DNA of 64,000 nt from Gaiellaceae bacterium. GTDB lineage: Bacteria; Actinomycetota; Thermoleophilia; Gaiellales; Gaiellaceae. The notes beneath the pieces are model-generated. The model saw nothing but the letters and a program-made list of their open reading frames with translations. It was not told the DNA's origin and searched no databases. The stretch spans positions 5,370 to 69,369 of the forward strand of contig DATGEB010000037.1 of NCBI GenBank assembly GCA_035310545.1, in the 5' to 3' direction. Shown here piece by piece: positions 37,891 to 49,377 of the stretch (its first letter is position 1; each line of letters begins with the position of its first letter). A program made the translations under genes and the position numbers.

Positions 37891-39779
37891 GCGCGGCCGT
37901 CTACGAGGAGCGCCTCGAGCGCATGTGGCAGTCGCGCCCCGGCGTGCTCGGCTGGGTGATGACGACCGACCACAAGCGGATCGGCCTTCTCTACTTCTGG
38001 ACGACGCTCGTGCTCTTCGCCGCGGGCGGCGCCGAGGCGCTCCTCATCCGCACGCAGCTGATCCAGCCGAATCAGCACCTCGTCGGTCCGGCCACCTACG
38101 ACGAGCTTTTCACGATGCACGGGGTGACGATGATCTTCTTCTTCATCATCCCGATGACGACGGGAGCGTTCGGCAACTATCTGCTCCCGCTGATGATCGG
38201 CGCCCGGGATATGGCCTTCCCGCGGCTGAACGCGCTGAGCTACTGGATCTTCCTCGGCTCCGGCCTCTTCATCTACACGAGCCTGTTCCTCGGCATGGCG
38301 CCGAACGCGGGCTGGTTCGACTACGTGCCGCTCGCGAGCAGGCAGTTCGACCCGGGCCACGCGATCGACTTCTACTGCCTCGGGATCATCTTCAACGGCC
38401 TCGCGTCGACGCTGACAGCGGGGAACTTCATCGTGACGATCCTCAAGCTGCGGGCGCCCGGAATGTCCTTCAACCGGATGCCGCTCTTCTGCTTCGCGTT
38501 CCTCGCGGCGTCGTGGGGGCTCCTCTTCGCGCTGCCCTCGCTCAGCGCCGACACCATCTTCCTCTTCCTCGACCGCAACATCGGCACCCACTTCTTCGAT
38601 GTCGCGAAAGGCGGCTCGACGCTCCTCTGGCAGCACCTGTTCTGGATCTTCGGGCATCCCGAGGTCTACATCCTGATCGTCCCCGCGTTCGGGATCGCCA
38701 CCGAGATCATTCCGGCGTTCACCCAGCGGCGCGTCGTCGCGTTCCCCCTCGTCGCGGTCGCCGAGCTGCTCGTCGTGTTCATCGGCTTCGGCGTCTGGGC
38801 GCACCACATGTTCGCGACCGGGATGCCGACGGTCACGGTGATCTTCTTCGCCGCGGCCACCGCCGCCGTGGTGATCCCGAGCACGATTCAGGTCTTCGCC
38901 TGGTGCATGACCTTCATCACCGGCAACGCGCAGTTCAAGACGCCGCTGCTCTTCATCGCCGGCTTCATCTTCATGTTCGTCGCCGGCGGGCTGACCGGGA
39001 TCATGTTCCTCGCGGTGCCGTTCGACCAGCAGGTGACGGACACCTACTTCGTCATCGCCCACTTCCACTACATCATCTTCGGGGCGGCCGTGTTCCCGAT
39101 CTTCGGCGGCATGTACTTCTGGTTCCCGAAGGTGACGGGGAAGCTCTATTTCGAGCTCCCCGGCCAGATCAGCTTCTGGATCATCTTCCTCGGGACGAAC
39201 CTCCTCTTCTTCCCGATGCACCTCGTCGGCCTCGCGGGGATGCCACGGCGGAACTACACGTATCCCGCCGGGCTCGGCTGGGGCGCCGACAACCTCGCGG
39301 AGACGATCGGCTCCTACATCACGACGGTCGGGATCCTCCTGCTGCTCGGCAACCTCGTCGTCAGCTACTTCCGCGGGCCCCCGGCGGGGGCCGACCCCTG
39401 GCACGGCGCGACGCTCGAGTGGACGATCCCGTCGCCGCCGCCCGAGTACAACTTCGCGGTCATACCGAAGGTCTCGAGCGCGTACGCGAACTGGGACGTC
39501 GAGGACCGGGAGGAGGACCGGCGCAGGCTCGCCGAGGGGGTCATGGTGCTGGACGAGGGGCACGAGCAGCCCGTGAGCTCTCCAGTCGACGGCTGGTTCG
39601 CGGAGATCGCCGAGATGCCGCACGACTCGCTCTGGCCGATCGTGCTCGCCGTTGCGCTGTCGGTCGTCTTCGTCCTCCTGCTCCTCCACCTCTGGATGGG
39701 GACCGCGTTTGCGCTGGCCGGCGTGATGCTCGCGCTGCTCGGCTGGCACGGCGAGGAGCCCGAGGAGACCGACGCATGA
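37887..39779 (+). CDS. ctaD: cytochrome c oxidase subunit I (with about 2-TM C-terminal extension)
   Basis: GTG 37887 overlaps the ctaC stop (GTGA). Contains TTDHKRIGLLY...WFFGHPEVYILI...HHMF... In frame with track ORF 36807..39779. Confidence 0.95.
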   Translation: MSAAVYEERLERMWQSRPGVLGWVMTTDHKRIGLLYFWTTLVLFAAGGAEALLIRTQLIQPNQHLVGPATYDELFTMHGVTMIFFFIIPMTTGAFGNYLLPLMIGARDMAFPRLNALSYWIFLGSGLFIYTSLFLGMAPNAGWFDYVPLASRQFDPGHAIDFYCLGIIFNGLASTLTAGNFIVTILKLRAPGMSFNRMPLFCFAFLAASWGLLFALPSLSADTIFLFLDRNIGTHFFDVAKGGSTLLWQHLFWIFGHPEVYILIVPAFGIATEIIPAFTQRRVVAFPLVAVAELLVVFIGFGVWAHHMFATGMPTVTVIFFAAATAAVVIPSTIQVFAWCMTFITGNAQFKTPLLFIAGFIFMFVAGGLTGIMFLAVPFDQQVTDTYFVIAHFHYIIFGAAVFPIFGGMYFWFPKVTGKLYFELPGQISFWIIFLGTNLLFFPMHLVGLAGMPRRNYTYPAGLGWGADNLAETIGSYITTVGILLLLGNLVVSYFRGPPAGADPWHGATLEWTIPSPPPEYNFAVIPKVSSAYANWDVEDREEDRRRLAEGVMVLDEGHEQPVSSPVDGWFAEIAEMPHDSLWPIVLAVALSVVFVLLLLHLWMGTAFALAGVMLALLGWHGEEPEETDA

Positions 39780-40357
39780 GCGATTACGCCGCCGGTGTGC
39801 GCCGAGGCGGGCCCGGTCTCGCCGTCTGGGGCATGGCCATGCTGGTCGCGAGCGAGGCGACGCTCTTCGGGACCTTCATCGGCTCGTACTACTACCTTCG
39901 CTTCGGCGCGCAGCACTGGCCGCCGCCGGGAACGCCCGAGCCTCGCGTCGTGGTGCCGCTGATCCTGGCCGGCGTCCTGGCGACCACGAGCCTGCCGATG
40001 CAGCTCGCGGCGATGGCCGCGCGGCGGGCGCGGCTCTGGGCGGCGCGGCTCCTGCTCGTCTGGGCGCTCGTCGTCCAGGTCGGCTACCTCGTCTACGAGG
40101 TGCACGACTACGCGCGCCAGCTGCAACACTCCGCGCCGCAGGACAACGCGTACAGCTCGATCTACTACACGCTGCTCGGGGCCGACCACGTGCACGTCGC
40201 CGTCGGGATCGTCCTCGTCGTCTGGCTGCTCTGGAAGCTGCTCCGCGGCCTGACGACGTACCGGCTCGGCGCCGTCCAGGTCGTCGCGTTCTACTGGCAC
40301 GCCGTCAACCTCCTGACCCTCGTCGTGGTCGGAGTCCTGCTCAGCGCGACGCTATGA
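39776..40357 (+). CDS. ctaE: cytochrome c oxidase subunit III
   Basis: ATG 39776 overlaps the ctaD stop (ATGA). 193 aa with YYTLLGADHVHVAVG...FYWHAVN. Confidence 0.9.
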   Translation: MSDYAAGVRRGGPGLAVWGMAMLVASEATLFGTFIGSYYYLRFGAQHWPPPGTPEPRVVVPLILAGVLATTSLPMQLAAMAARRARLWAARLLLVWALVVQVGYLVYEVHDYARQLQHSAPQDNAYSSIYYTLLGADHVHVAVGIVLVVWLLWKLLRGLTTYRLGAVQVVAFYWHAVNLLTLVVVGVLLSATL

Positions 40358-40758
40358 CGGTTCGGCGACTCGGCATCGTCCAGTGGATCGGCGTCGTCGT
40401 CGCGCCCCTCGCGTGGACCGGGCAGCACATCGTCGGGTACGGAGTGGGCCAGGCGCGGTGCTCTGCGGCCGGAGCGCACTGGGGCATCGGCTTCGACACG
40501 TGGCAGCTCGCGATCCTCGCCGTCGCCGGACTGCTGATCCTCATCTCGGAGGCCGCCGCGGTGACCGTCTTCCTCGCGACGCGCGAGGTGAACTACGGCG
40601 ACGGGCCGGCCGGCGAGGGACGTTGCGCCGGCGTCCTCCCGTACTCCCGGCTCCACTTCTTCGCGACGGCGGCGATGGTCGCGAACGTCCTCTTCCTCAC
40701 GGTGATCTTCCTCGACGGCCTCGGATCCGTCTTCAGCTCGCTATGCGCGCAGTCCTGA
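40354..40758 (+). CDS. small polytopic membrane protein, unknown function (possible oxidase subunit IV analogue)
   Basis: 134 aa with 3-4 TM helices. ATGA overlap with ctaE, and it overlaps the qcrC start. Confidence 0.6.
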   Translation: MTVRRLGIVQWIGVVVAPLAWTGQHIVGYGVGQARCSAAGAHWGIGFDTWQLAILAVAGLLILISEAAAVTVFLATREVNYGDGPAGEGRCAGVLPYSRLHFFATAAMVANVLFLTVIFLDGLGSVFSSLCAQS

Positions 40759-41534
40759 CGATCGCGGCACTCGCTGTGCTGGGGCTCCTCGCCGCAGGGC
40801 CGGCGGTCGCGTCTTCCGGCACGCCGAAGACCCCGCTCGCCGAGTACGGCGACCACCTCTTCGGCGAGTACTGCCTCTCCTGCCACGGCCCGAACGCGGA
40901 GGGACGGTTGAAGCAGACGTCGACGTCGGCCGGTGCCGGGCCCGGGCGCGCGCAGGAACGGCAGTACGGCGTGGGCCCGTCGCTGCAGGGCGTGGGCGCG
41001 CTCGCCGCGGACTTCTACCTCCGCACCGGCTACATGCCGCTGCTCCACGTCGGGTTGCAGCCGCGACGGGAGCCGCTCCTGTTCAGCAACCACCAGATCC
41101 GGGCGCTCGTCGCGTACATCGCGAGCTTCGGCGGCCCGCCGATCCCCGACCCGCGGCCTGGGCTCGGCAGCATCTCTCAGGGGCAGTCGCTCTTCACCGA
41201 GCACTGCGCCGGGTGCCACCAGGTCCTGGCGCAGGGCGGAGTCGTCACCGGCGCGCTGCCGCCGGCGCTCGTCAACGCGACGCCGGTTCAGGTTGCGGAG
41301 GCTGTGCGGATCGGCCCCTACGTGATGCCGAAGTTCTCGCAGCACGACCTCAGCGACCGGCAGCTCGACTCGATCGTCCGCTACGTGGAGTTCACGAAGG
41401 ACCCCGCGCGTCCGGGAGGCTGGGGGCTCGGCTACCTCGGCCCGGTTCCGGAGGGTCTCGTGACCTGGTTCCTCGCGATTCCCGCGTTGATCCTCCTCTG
41501 CCTCCTGCTCGGGAGGAGGTTGCGACGCTCGTGA
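40743..41534 (+). CDS. qcrC: diheme cytochrome c subunit of the bc complex
   Basis: Starts at ATG 40743. Signal peptide, two CxxCH motifs (CLSCH, CAGCH) and a C-terminal TM anchor. Confidence 0.85.
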   Translation: MRAVLTIAALAVLGLLAAGPAVASSGTPKTPLAEYGDHLFGEYCLSCHGPNAEGRLKQTSTSAGAGPGRAQERQYGVGPSLQGVGALAADFYLRTGYMPLLHVGLQPRREPLLFSNHQIRALVAYIASFGGPPIPDPRPGLGSISQGQSLFTEHCAGCHQVLAQGGVVTGALPPALVNATPVQVAEAVRIGPYVMPKFSQHDLSDRQLDSIVRYVEFTKDPARPGGWGLGYLGPVPEGLVTWFLAIPALILLCLLLGRRLRRS

Positions 41535-42532
41535 GCCGGACGCGCAACGCGATCGTGTCGGCGCTCGTCCTCCTCGTCGGGCGAAGATGGCGCCGCAAAC
41601 CCGGGGACTCGCGGATCGTTCCCGAGCAGCCGGCTCATCTCGCGGCCGAGCTCGCGGTGCTCGCTCTCCTCGGCCTCTCGTCTCTCTCGGCGACCGGGTT
41701 CATCCTCGTCTACGCCTTCGGGGCGTCCATCCCGAACGAGACGCAGTTGCTCGGCGCGGCCCTCGGGCTCGCTCTCATGTTCCTCGCCGCGGCGTTGATC
41801 GTCGTCGGGCTGAAGCTCGTGCCGACCGAGGAGGTCGCGGAGGAATATCCGCCGCAGGAGCACCCGTACGAGCAGCAGGTGATCGCCGAGGTGCTCGACC
41901 AGAGCGGCACGCGCTTCACCCGCTCGCGCTTCTTCAAGCTCGGGCTGCTCGGGGCGGGCGGGACGCTCGGCCTCGCGGCCCTCGCGCCCGCGGTCTCGTT
42001 CGGGCCGCTCTTCCGGGTCGGCGACTTCCTCCACACGCCGTGGCGCTGCGGGCGCCGGCTCGTCGACGAGAACGGCAAGCCCTACAAGGCGGCCGACATC
42101 TCGGAGAAGAACTTCTATCTCGCGTTCCCCGAGGGCGCGAACGACGCGGAAAAGGAGCAGATGGCGGCGTCGCTCGTCGTGATCAGGCTCCCGCCGCACG
42201 AGCTTCGCCTTCCGCCGTATCTGAAGGGCTACGACGCACACGGGATCCTCGCCTACTCGCGGATCTGCACGCACGCCGGCTGCGCGATCACGCTGTATCG
42301 AGCGCCGCTCTTCCAGCCGGACGAGCCGCGGCCGGCGCTCGTCTGCCCCTGCCACTATTCGACGTTCGATCCGGCGACAGGCGGCACCGTCACCTTCGGT
42401 CCGGCCGGTCGCGACCTGCCGCTGCTGCCGGTCTACGAGGATTCGAAGGGCTACCTCCGCGCGAAGGGGAACTTCGACGGGCCGGTCGGGCCGTCCTGGT
42501 GGGGAGTCCGGCTCTGGAAGGCGCAGCCGTGA
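41531..42532 (+). CDS. qcrA: Rieske iron-sulfur subunit of the bc complex
   Basis: GTG 41531 overlaps the qcrC stop (GTGA). N-terminal TMs and CTHAGC...CPCHYSTF. Confidence 0.9.
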   Translation: MSRTRNAIVSALVLLVGRRWRRKPGDSRIVPEQPAHLAAELAVLALLGLSSLSATGFILVYAFGASIPNETQLLGAALGLALMFLAAALIVVGLKLVPTEEVAEEYPPQEHPYEQQVIAEVLDQSGTRFTRSRFFKLGLLGAGGTLGLAALAPAVSFGPLFRVGDFLHTPWRCGRRLVDENGKPYKAADISEKNFYLAFPEGANDAEKEQMAASLVVIRLPPHELRLPPYLKGYDAHGILAYSRICTHAGCAITLYRAPLFQPDEPRPALVCPCHYSTFDPATGGTVTFGPAGRDLPLLPVYEDSKGYLRAKGNFDGPVGPSWWGVRLWKAQP

Positions 42533-43935
42533 CGGTGTCCCGCGGAGCTCCGATGACCCGCCGCGCCGTCCGCTGGGTCGACCAGCGCACCGCCACCGCG
42601 CCGTACCTGCGCAAGGCGCTGCGGTACATCTTCCCCGACCACTGGTCCTTCCTGCTCGGCGAGGTCGCGCTCTACGCCTTCATCGTCCTCGTCGCGACGG
42701 GGATCTACCTGACCTTCTTCTTCGTCGACTCGACGAAGGAGGTCGTCTTCCACGGCGACTACTACCCGCCGCTGTACGGCCAGCGGATGAGCGAGGCCTA
42801 CGCCTCGGTCGTCCACCTCTCGCTCGCGGTGCGCGCCGGGCTGCTGATCCGGCAGACGCACCACTGGGCGGCGAACGTCTTCATCGCGGCAATCGTCCTC
42901 CACCTCTTCCGCGTCTTCTTCACGGGCGCGTACCGGAAGCCGCGCGAGCTGACGTACTGGCTCGGTGTGACGATGCTGATGCTCTCGCTGCTCGAGGCGT
43001 TCATCGGCTACTCGCTCGTCGACGACCTCATCTCGGGGATGGGTCTCGTGATCGGCTACTCGGTCGGACTGGCGCTGCCGTTCGTCGGCGAGAACCTCAT
43101 GAACTGGCTGTTCGGCGGGATGTTTCCCGGCAGTCCGCAGCTGTGGCCGCGGATGTACATCGCGCACGTCCTGATCTTCCCGATCCTGATCGGGCTGCTG
43201 CTCGGCGCCCACCTGCTGCTCGTGGCGATGCGCCACCACACGCAGTTCCGGCAGCGGAGGGAGCAGAGCGAGCGCACCATCGTCGGCGTCCCCGCCTTTC
43301 CGGGGCAGGCGCCGCGCTCTCTCGGCCTGATGGTCGGGACGACCGGCATCCTCTTCCTGCTGGGCGGGCTCGTCCAGATCAACCCGATCTGGCTCTGGGG
43401 GCCCTACCACACGTACTCCTCGACGAACGGCGCGCAGCCGGACTGGTACCTCGGCTGGCTGATCGGAGCGCTGCGGCTCGTGCCGGGCTTCGACCTCACC
43501 ATCGCGGGCTACACGCTCGTGCCGAACCCGTTCTGGGGCGGTGCGGCCTTCCCGCTCGTCGTCTTCGGCTTCCTCTATCTCTGGCCGTGGCTCGAGCGGA
43601 GGTTGACGGGTGACCACGAGTTCCACAACCTGCTCGACCGTCCCCGAGATGCGCCCGCGCGCACCGGCATCGGAGTGGGAATGGTCAGCTGGGTCGTCCT
43701 CGTCTTCTTCGCGGGATCCGCCGACCGCGCGTTCGTGACGTTCGGGCTGAGCTACACCGGCCAGATCTGGGCGTACAGGGTGCTGGTCTTCGTCTTGCCG
43801 GTGCTGTTCGGCCTCGCCGCGTGGCGCATCTGCAACGAGCTGCAGGCGGGCGAGCGGGTCGTCGCCGACCGCCGTCGGGCCGAAACAAACGCACGCCGCG
43901 CCCGCCGCCTCCGCACCGACGAACCCTCGCCCTAG
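42529..43935 (+). CDS. qcrB: cytochrome b subunit of the bc complex
   Basis: GTG 42529 overlaps the qcrA stop (GTGA); ATG 42553 is an alternative start. Contains FPDHWSFLLGEVALY...HHWAANVF... Confidence 0.9.
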   Translation: MTVSRGAPMTRRAVRWVDQRTATAPYLRKALRYIFPDHWSFLLGEVALYAFIVLVATGIYLTFFFVDSTKEVVFHGDYYPPLYGQRMSEAYASVVHLSLAVRAGLLIRQTHHWAANVFIAAIVLHLFRVFFTGAYRKPRELTYWLGVTMLMLSLLEAFIGYSLVDDLISGMGLVIGYSVGLALPFVGENLMNWLFGGMFPGSPQLWPRMYIAHVLIFPILIGLLLGAHLLLVAMRHHTQFRQRREQSERTIVGVPAFPGQAPRSLGLMVGTTGILFLLGGLVQINPIWLWGPYHTYSSTNGAQPDWYLGWLIGALRLVPGFDLTIAGYTLVPNPFWGGAAFPLVVFGFLYLWPWLERRLTGDHEFHNLLDRPRDAPARTGIGVGMVSWVVLVFFAGSADRAFVTFGLSYTGQIWAYRVLVFVLPVLFGLAAWRICNELQAGERVVADRRRAETNARRARRLRTDEPSP

Positions 43936-44088
43936 CGAACGGCCGGTGGCAGCCACTGCACGTCGGAGTTACGACTTCGTCGCGTATCTGCAACGACGAT
44001 GGTTGCGTGCTCCCACACATTGTTGGGATCGCGGGCGCTACGCGCTCGGGCGCGTCGTGACGCTTTCGTGACGGTGGCTGCTACCGGT

Positions 44089-44613
44089 CTATGCGCCGAC
44101 CGCGGCGACCAGCGCTTCGTAGTCGACCGGCTGCGTCGTTTCGATTCGGATTCGCTCGCCTGGGAGGTCGAGGGGCTCGTGCCGGCTCGTTTCCACGGAG
44201 TCGCGGAGCGCTTCGAGCCGTTCCGCATCGATGTGGCCGGGATGACGGTCGCGTCTCTCGTAGCGCTCGAGCAGAACCTCGAGCGGCGCGTTGCAGTGCA
44301 CCTGGACGAAGCGCGCCGGTAGCGCGGCGAGCCGCGCCTCGAGCTCGCCGCCGCGAACGAAGTTCCCTTCGAGCACGAGGCTCGCTCCCGCGCCAACCGA
44401 CTCCTCGGCGAGCGCGCCGAGGACGTGGAACGTCGCCGCGCCGAGCCGTGCCGACCACGCGAGGTCGCCCGTCCCGAGCGCGTCGAAGAGCGCCTCCTTG
44501 ATCGTGTCCTTCGCGATCAGAGGCACGCAAAGCCGCCCCGCGAGCTCGCGCGCCACGGTCGTCTTCCCCGCAGCCGGCGGCCCCGTGACGACCACGAGCA
44601 CTGGCGCGCGCAC
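44089..44613 (-). CDS. P-loop AAA-domain kinase-like protein
   Basis: 174 aa with Walker A VVVTGPPAAGKTT. Confidence 0.75.
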   Translation of the reverse strand: MRAPVLVVVTGPPAAGKTTVARELAGRLCVPLIAKDTIKEALFDALGTGDLAWSARLGAATFHVLGALAEESVGAGASLVLEGNFVRGGELEARLAALPARFVQVHCNAPLEVLLERYERRDRHPGHIDAERLEALRDSVETSRHEPLDLPGERIRIETTQPVDYEALVAAVGA

Positions 44614-44617
44614 GGGG

Positions 44618-47308
<2,691 letters not shown>

Positions 47309-47332
47309 GGCCTCGATCTTAGAGGCGGTCGA

Positions 47333-47600
47333 TCAGTTCCGGCGCGCGAACTCGGCGAACTCCGCCTGGTTGTCGCCGATGCGGCCCGCGAGCCTGGCGA
47401 CCTGGAGCTTCGCGGCCGCGACGTAGATCTCCGACAGCTTCCCCGGGACCGTGTAGAGGCGCGCCCGCTCTCACCCGGCAGCGGCCAGTGCGCGCCTGTC
47501 ACGTGCTCGTTGAGGTTCTCGCCGGTAACGACTCCGCGGGTGAACGACCAGGGCCAGAGCCGTTCGTCTGGCCGCTTCTTCCTCGGAGTCGAGCTCGAGG
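47333..47600 (-). pseudogene. possible frameshifted small CDS or gene remnant
   Basis: Two adjacent minus-strand segments have near-total GC3 but sit in different frames. One reads ...RLWPWSFTRGVVTGENLNEHVTGAHWPLPGE. After a -1 shift near 47470-47480 the other reads ERARLYTVPGKLSEIYVAAAKLQVARLAGRIGDNQAEFAEFARRN*. There is no clean canonical start. Confidence 0.3.
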
Positions 47601-47605
47601 CCGCG

Positions 47606-48517
47606 TCAGGTACCGCCTCGTGAGCGCGCCAAACGCTGTTCGACCCGCTCGCGTTGCGGCTCGACGACGTACTTCGGGTCGCGCGCGGATTGAGCGCCGG
47701 CCTTGAAGACGGCCCAGCGGAGGCACATCTCCCCGGCGCACACCAGCGCGCCGCCGAGCGCGAGCGCCGTCCGGCTCCTCCCTGCGCGGCGAGCGAGAAG
47801 CGCCGCGCCCGCCGTCGCGAGGCCCTTCGCCGCCCACGAGAACTTCCCGGCCGCGCCCTGGCGGTAGACCTCGCCCGTCGTCCCGAGCCGCAACTCCATC
47901 AGCTGCATCAGAGCTCCCTCCGCGAGGACGCCCGCGACCGCGAGCCGGCGGGCCGGCCTCGCATCCTCCGGCCGGAGGAACACGGACGCTGCTGCACCGG
48001 CACTCGCCGCCGCGCTCGCGCCGAAGATCCACGGCAGCTCGCGCCGCGCTTCGTGCCAGACGGGAACGGCCGTGTCCGCGACGAGCACGCCGGTGTACGT
48101 CGTGAGCGGCGGGCCGGCGAGCGTGGCGACGGTCTCGGCGAGAACCTCGAGCGGCTTCAGCCGGCCTGCGCGCTCGAGCACGGCTGCGGTGATCGAGGCT
48201 CCGCCGCTGACGAGCAGCACCCACGAGCCGACGTTCATCGGGGACGTGACCTTGAAGACGCGGAGCATGTGGTGGAACCGCTCCGGCCGGCCGAGGTCGG
48301 AGACGAGCAGGGCGGGGGAAACGAGATCGGCGGCCGCGCCGACATAGAGCGCCGTCCGCGCGAGCCTCTCGTTCCCCGCCAGCCGCGCCGAGGTCGAGAG
48401 CACGGACGACGCGCCCGCGAGCCCGCCCGTGAAGAAGTAGGTTGGAACCTCCCAGGTCCAGGTCGGCTCCTTGAGCACGGGCCGGCCGTAGTACGAGCGG
48501 AGTCCGCGCTCGGTCAC
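47606..48517 (-). CDS. NrfD/PsrC-type integral membrane subunit of the formate dehydrogenase
   Basis: GTG 48517 overlaps the beta-subunit stop (GTGA). 303 aa polytopic protein (WEVPTYFFTGGLAG...). The upstream 100 aa of the track ORF are shadow. Confidence 0.85.
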   Translation of the reverse strand: MTERGLRSYYGRPVLKEPTWTWEVPTYFFTGGLAGASSVLSTSARLAGNERLARTALYVGAAADLVSPALLVSDLGRPERFHHMLRVFKVTSPMNVGSWVLLVSGGASITAAVLERAGRLKPLEVLAETVATLAGPPLTTYTGVLVADTAVPVWHEARRELPWIFGASAAASAGAAASVFLRPEDARPARRLAVAGVLAEGALMQLMELRLGTTGEVYRQGAAGKFSWAAKGLATAGAALLARRAGRSRTALALGGALVCAGEMCLRWAVFKAGAQSARDPKYVVEPQRERVEQRLARSRGGT

Positions 48518-49377
48518 GAGCGTCCTCCGACGAATGCCGCGGCGACGCCCACGACGAGCGCCCCGGCGGCCGCGAGCATGTTCGTCCACATCTCGGGCAG
48601 GTCGCGCGTCGTCACAACCGGGTCGGGCGGCAGGCCGTAGACCTCGGGATCGTCGAGCAGGAGGAAGAACGCGCCGAAGCCGCCGACGCCGTCCTCGGGG
48701 TCCCGGCCGTAGAGCTGCGCGCCGTCCGCGCCCTCGGCCTCGAGCTTCGCGAGCCGGGCGTCGGCGCGCTCGCGCAGCTCGTCGAGCGGGCCGAACTGGA
48801 TCGACTCCGTGGGGCACGCCTTCGCGCAGGCCGGCTCATGGCCGCCCTTGAGCCGGTCGTAGCAGAGCGTGCACTTCCAGACACGACCGTCCTCCTTCGC
48901 GAAGGCGGGCAGGTCGGGCGCCGGAGCGAGATGCCGCTTGTCGAGGACGCCGAATGGGCACGCGGAGACGCAGTAGCCGCAGCCGTTGCAGACGTCCTGC
49001 TGCACGACGACAGTGCCGAACTCCGTGCGGAAGAGCGCGCCGGTCGGGCACACGTCGAGGCACGCGGCGTGCGTGCAGTGCTTGCAGACGTCCGACTCCA
49101 TCAGCCAGCGGAGCGAGGTTCCTCCGTCGCCGTCCGCTCGCACCGGCTTCTCCTGCTCGACGAATGCGACGTGGCGCCATGAGTTCGCATCGAGCTGGAC
49201 GGTGTTGTCGTACGAGTAGCCGGTCCAGTCGCGGCCGTCTTCCGGGATCGCGTTCCACTCCTTGCACGCGACCTCGCATGCCTTGCAACCGATGCAGATC
49301 GAGGTGTCGGTGAAGAAGCCGACGCGCTCCTGGCGCGCCACGTCGTAGGTGAGCCAGCCGTCGGGGGCTACGGTCAC
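48514..49377 (-). CDS. formate dehydrogenase iron-sulfur (beta) subunit, 4x[4Fe-4S]
   Basis: GTG 49377 overlaps the alpha-subunit stop (GTGA). Cys clusters CIGCKACEVACK, CKHCTHAAC, CNGCGYCVSACP and CTLC...CAKACP. C-terminal TM helix. Confidence 0.9.
   Translation of the reverse strand: MTVAPDGWLTYDVARQERVGFFTDTSICIGCKACEVACKEWNAIPEDGRDWTGYSYDNTVQLDANSWRHVAFVEQEKPVRADGDGGTSLRWLMESDVCKHCTHAACLDVCPTGALFRTEFGTVVVQQDVCNGCGYCVSACPFGVLDKRHLAPAPDLPAFAKEDGRVWKCTLCYDRLKGGHEPACAKACPTESIQFGPLDELRERADARLAKLEAEGADGAQLYGRDPEDGVGGFGAFFLLLDDPEVYGLPPDPVVTTRDLPEMWTNMLAAAGALVVGVAAAFVGGRS

Noticed and set aside
43936-44088. Relatively AT-rich 153-nt convergent gap after qcrB with small hairpins (GCAAC-N7-GUUGC, CCCACA-cat-UGUuGGG)
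   Set aside because: The stems are short and imperfect, with no U-tract or recognisable RNA motif. This is probably just the terminator and spacer region for two convergent genes.
47471-47473. A second in-frame TGA considered as a possible selenocysteine codon
   Set aside because: The upstream part of that frame has poor codon bias. There is no SECIS-like hairpin at +11 nt and no known selenoprotein context. A frame break is the simpler explanation.
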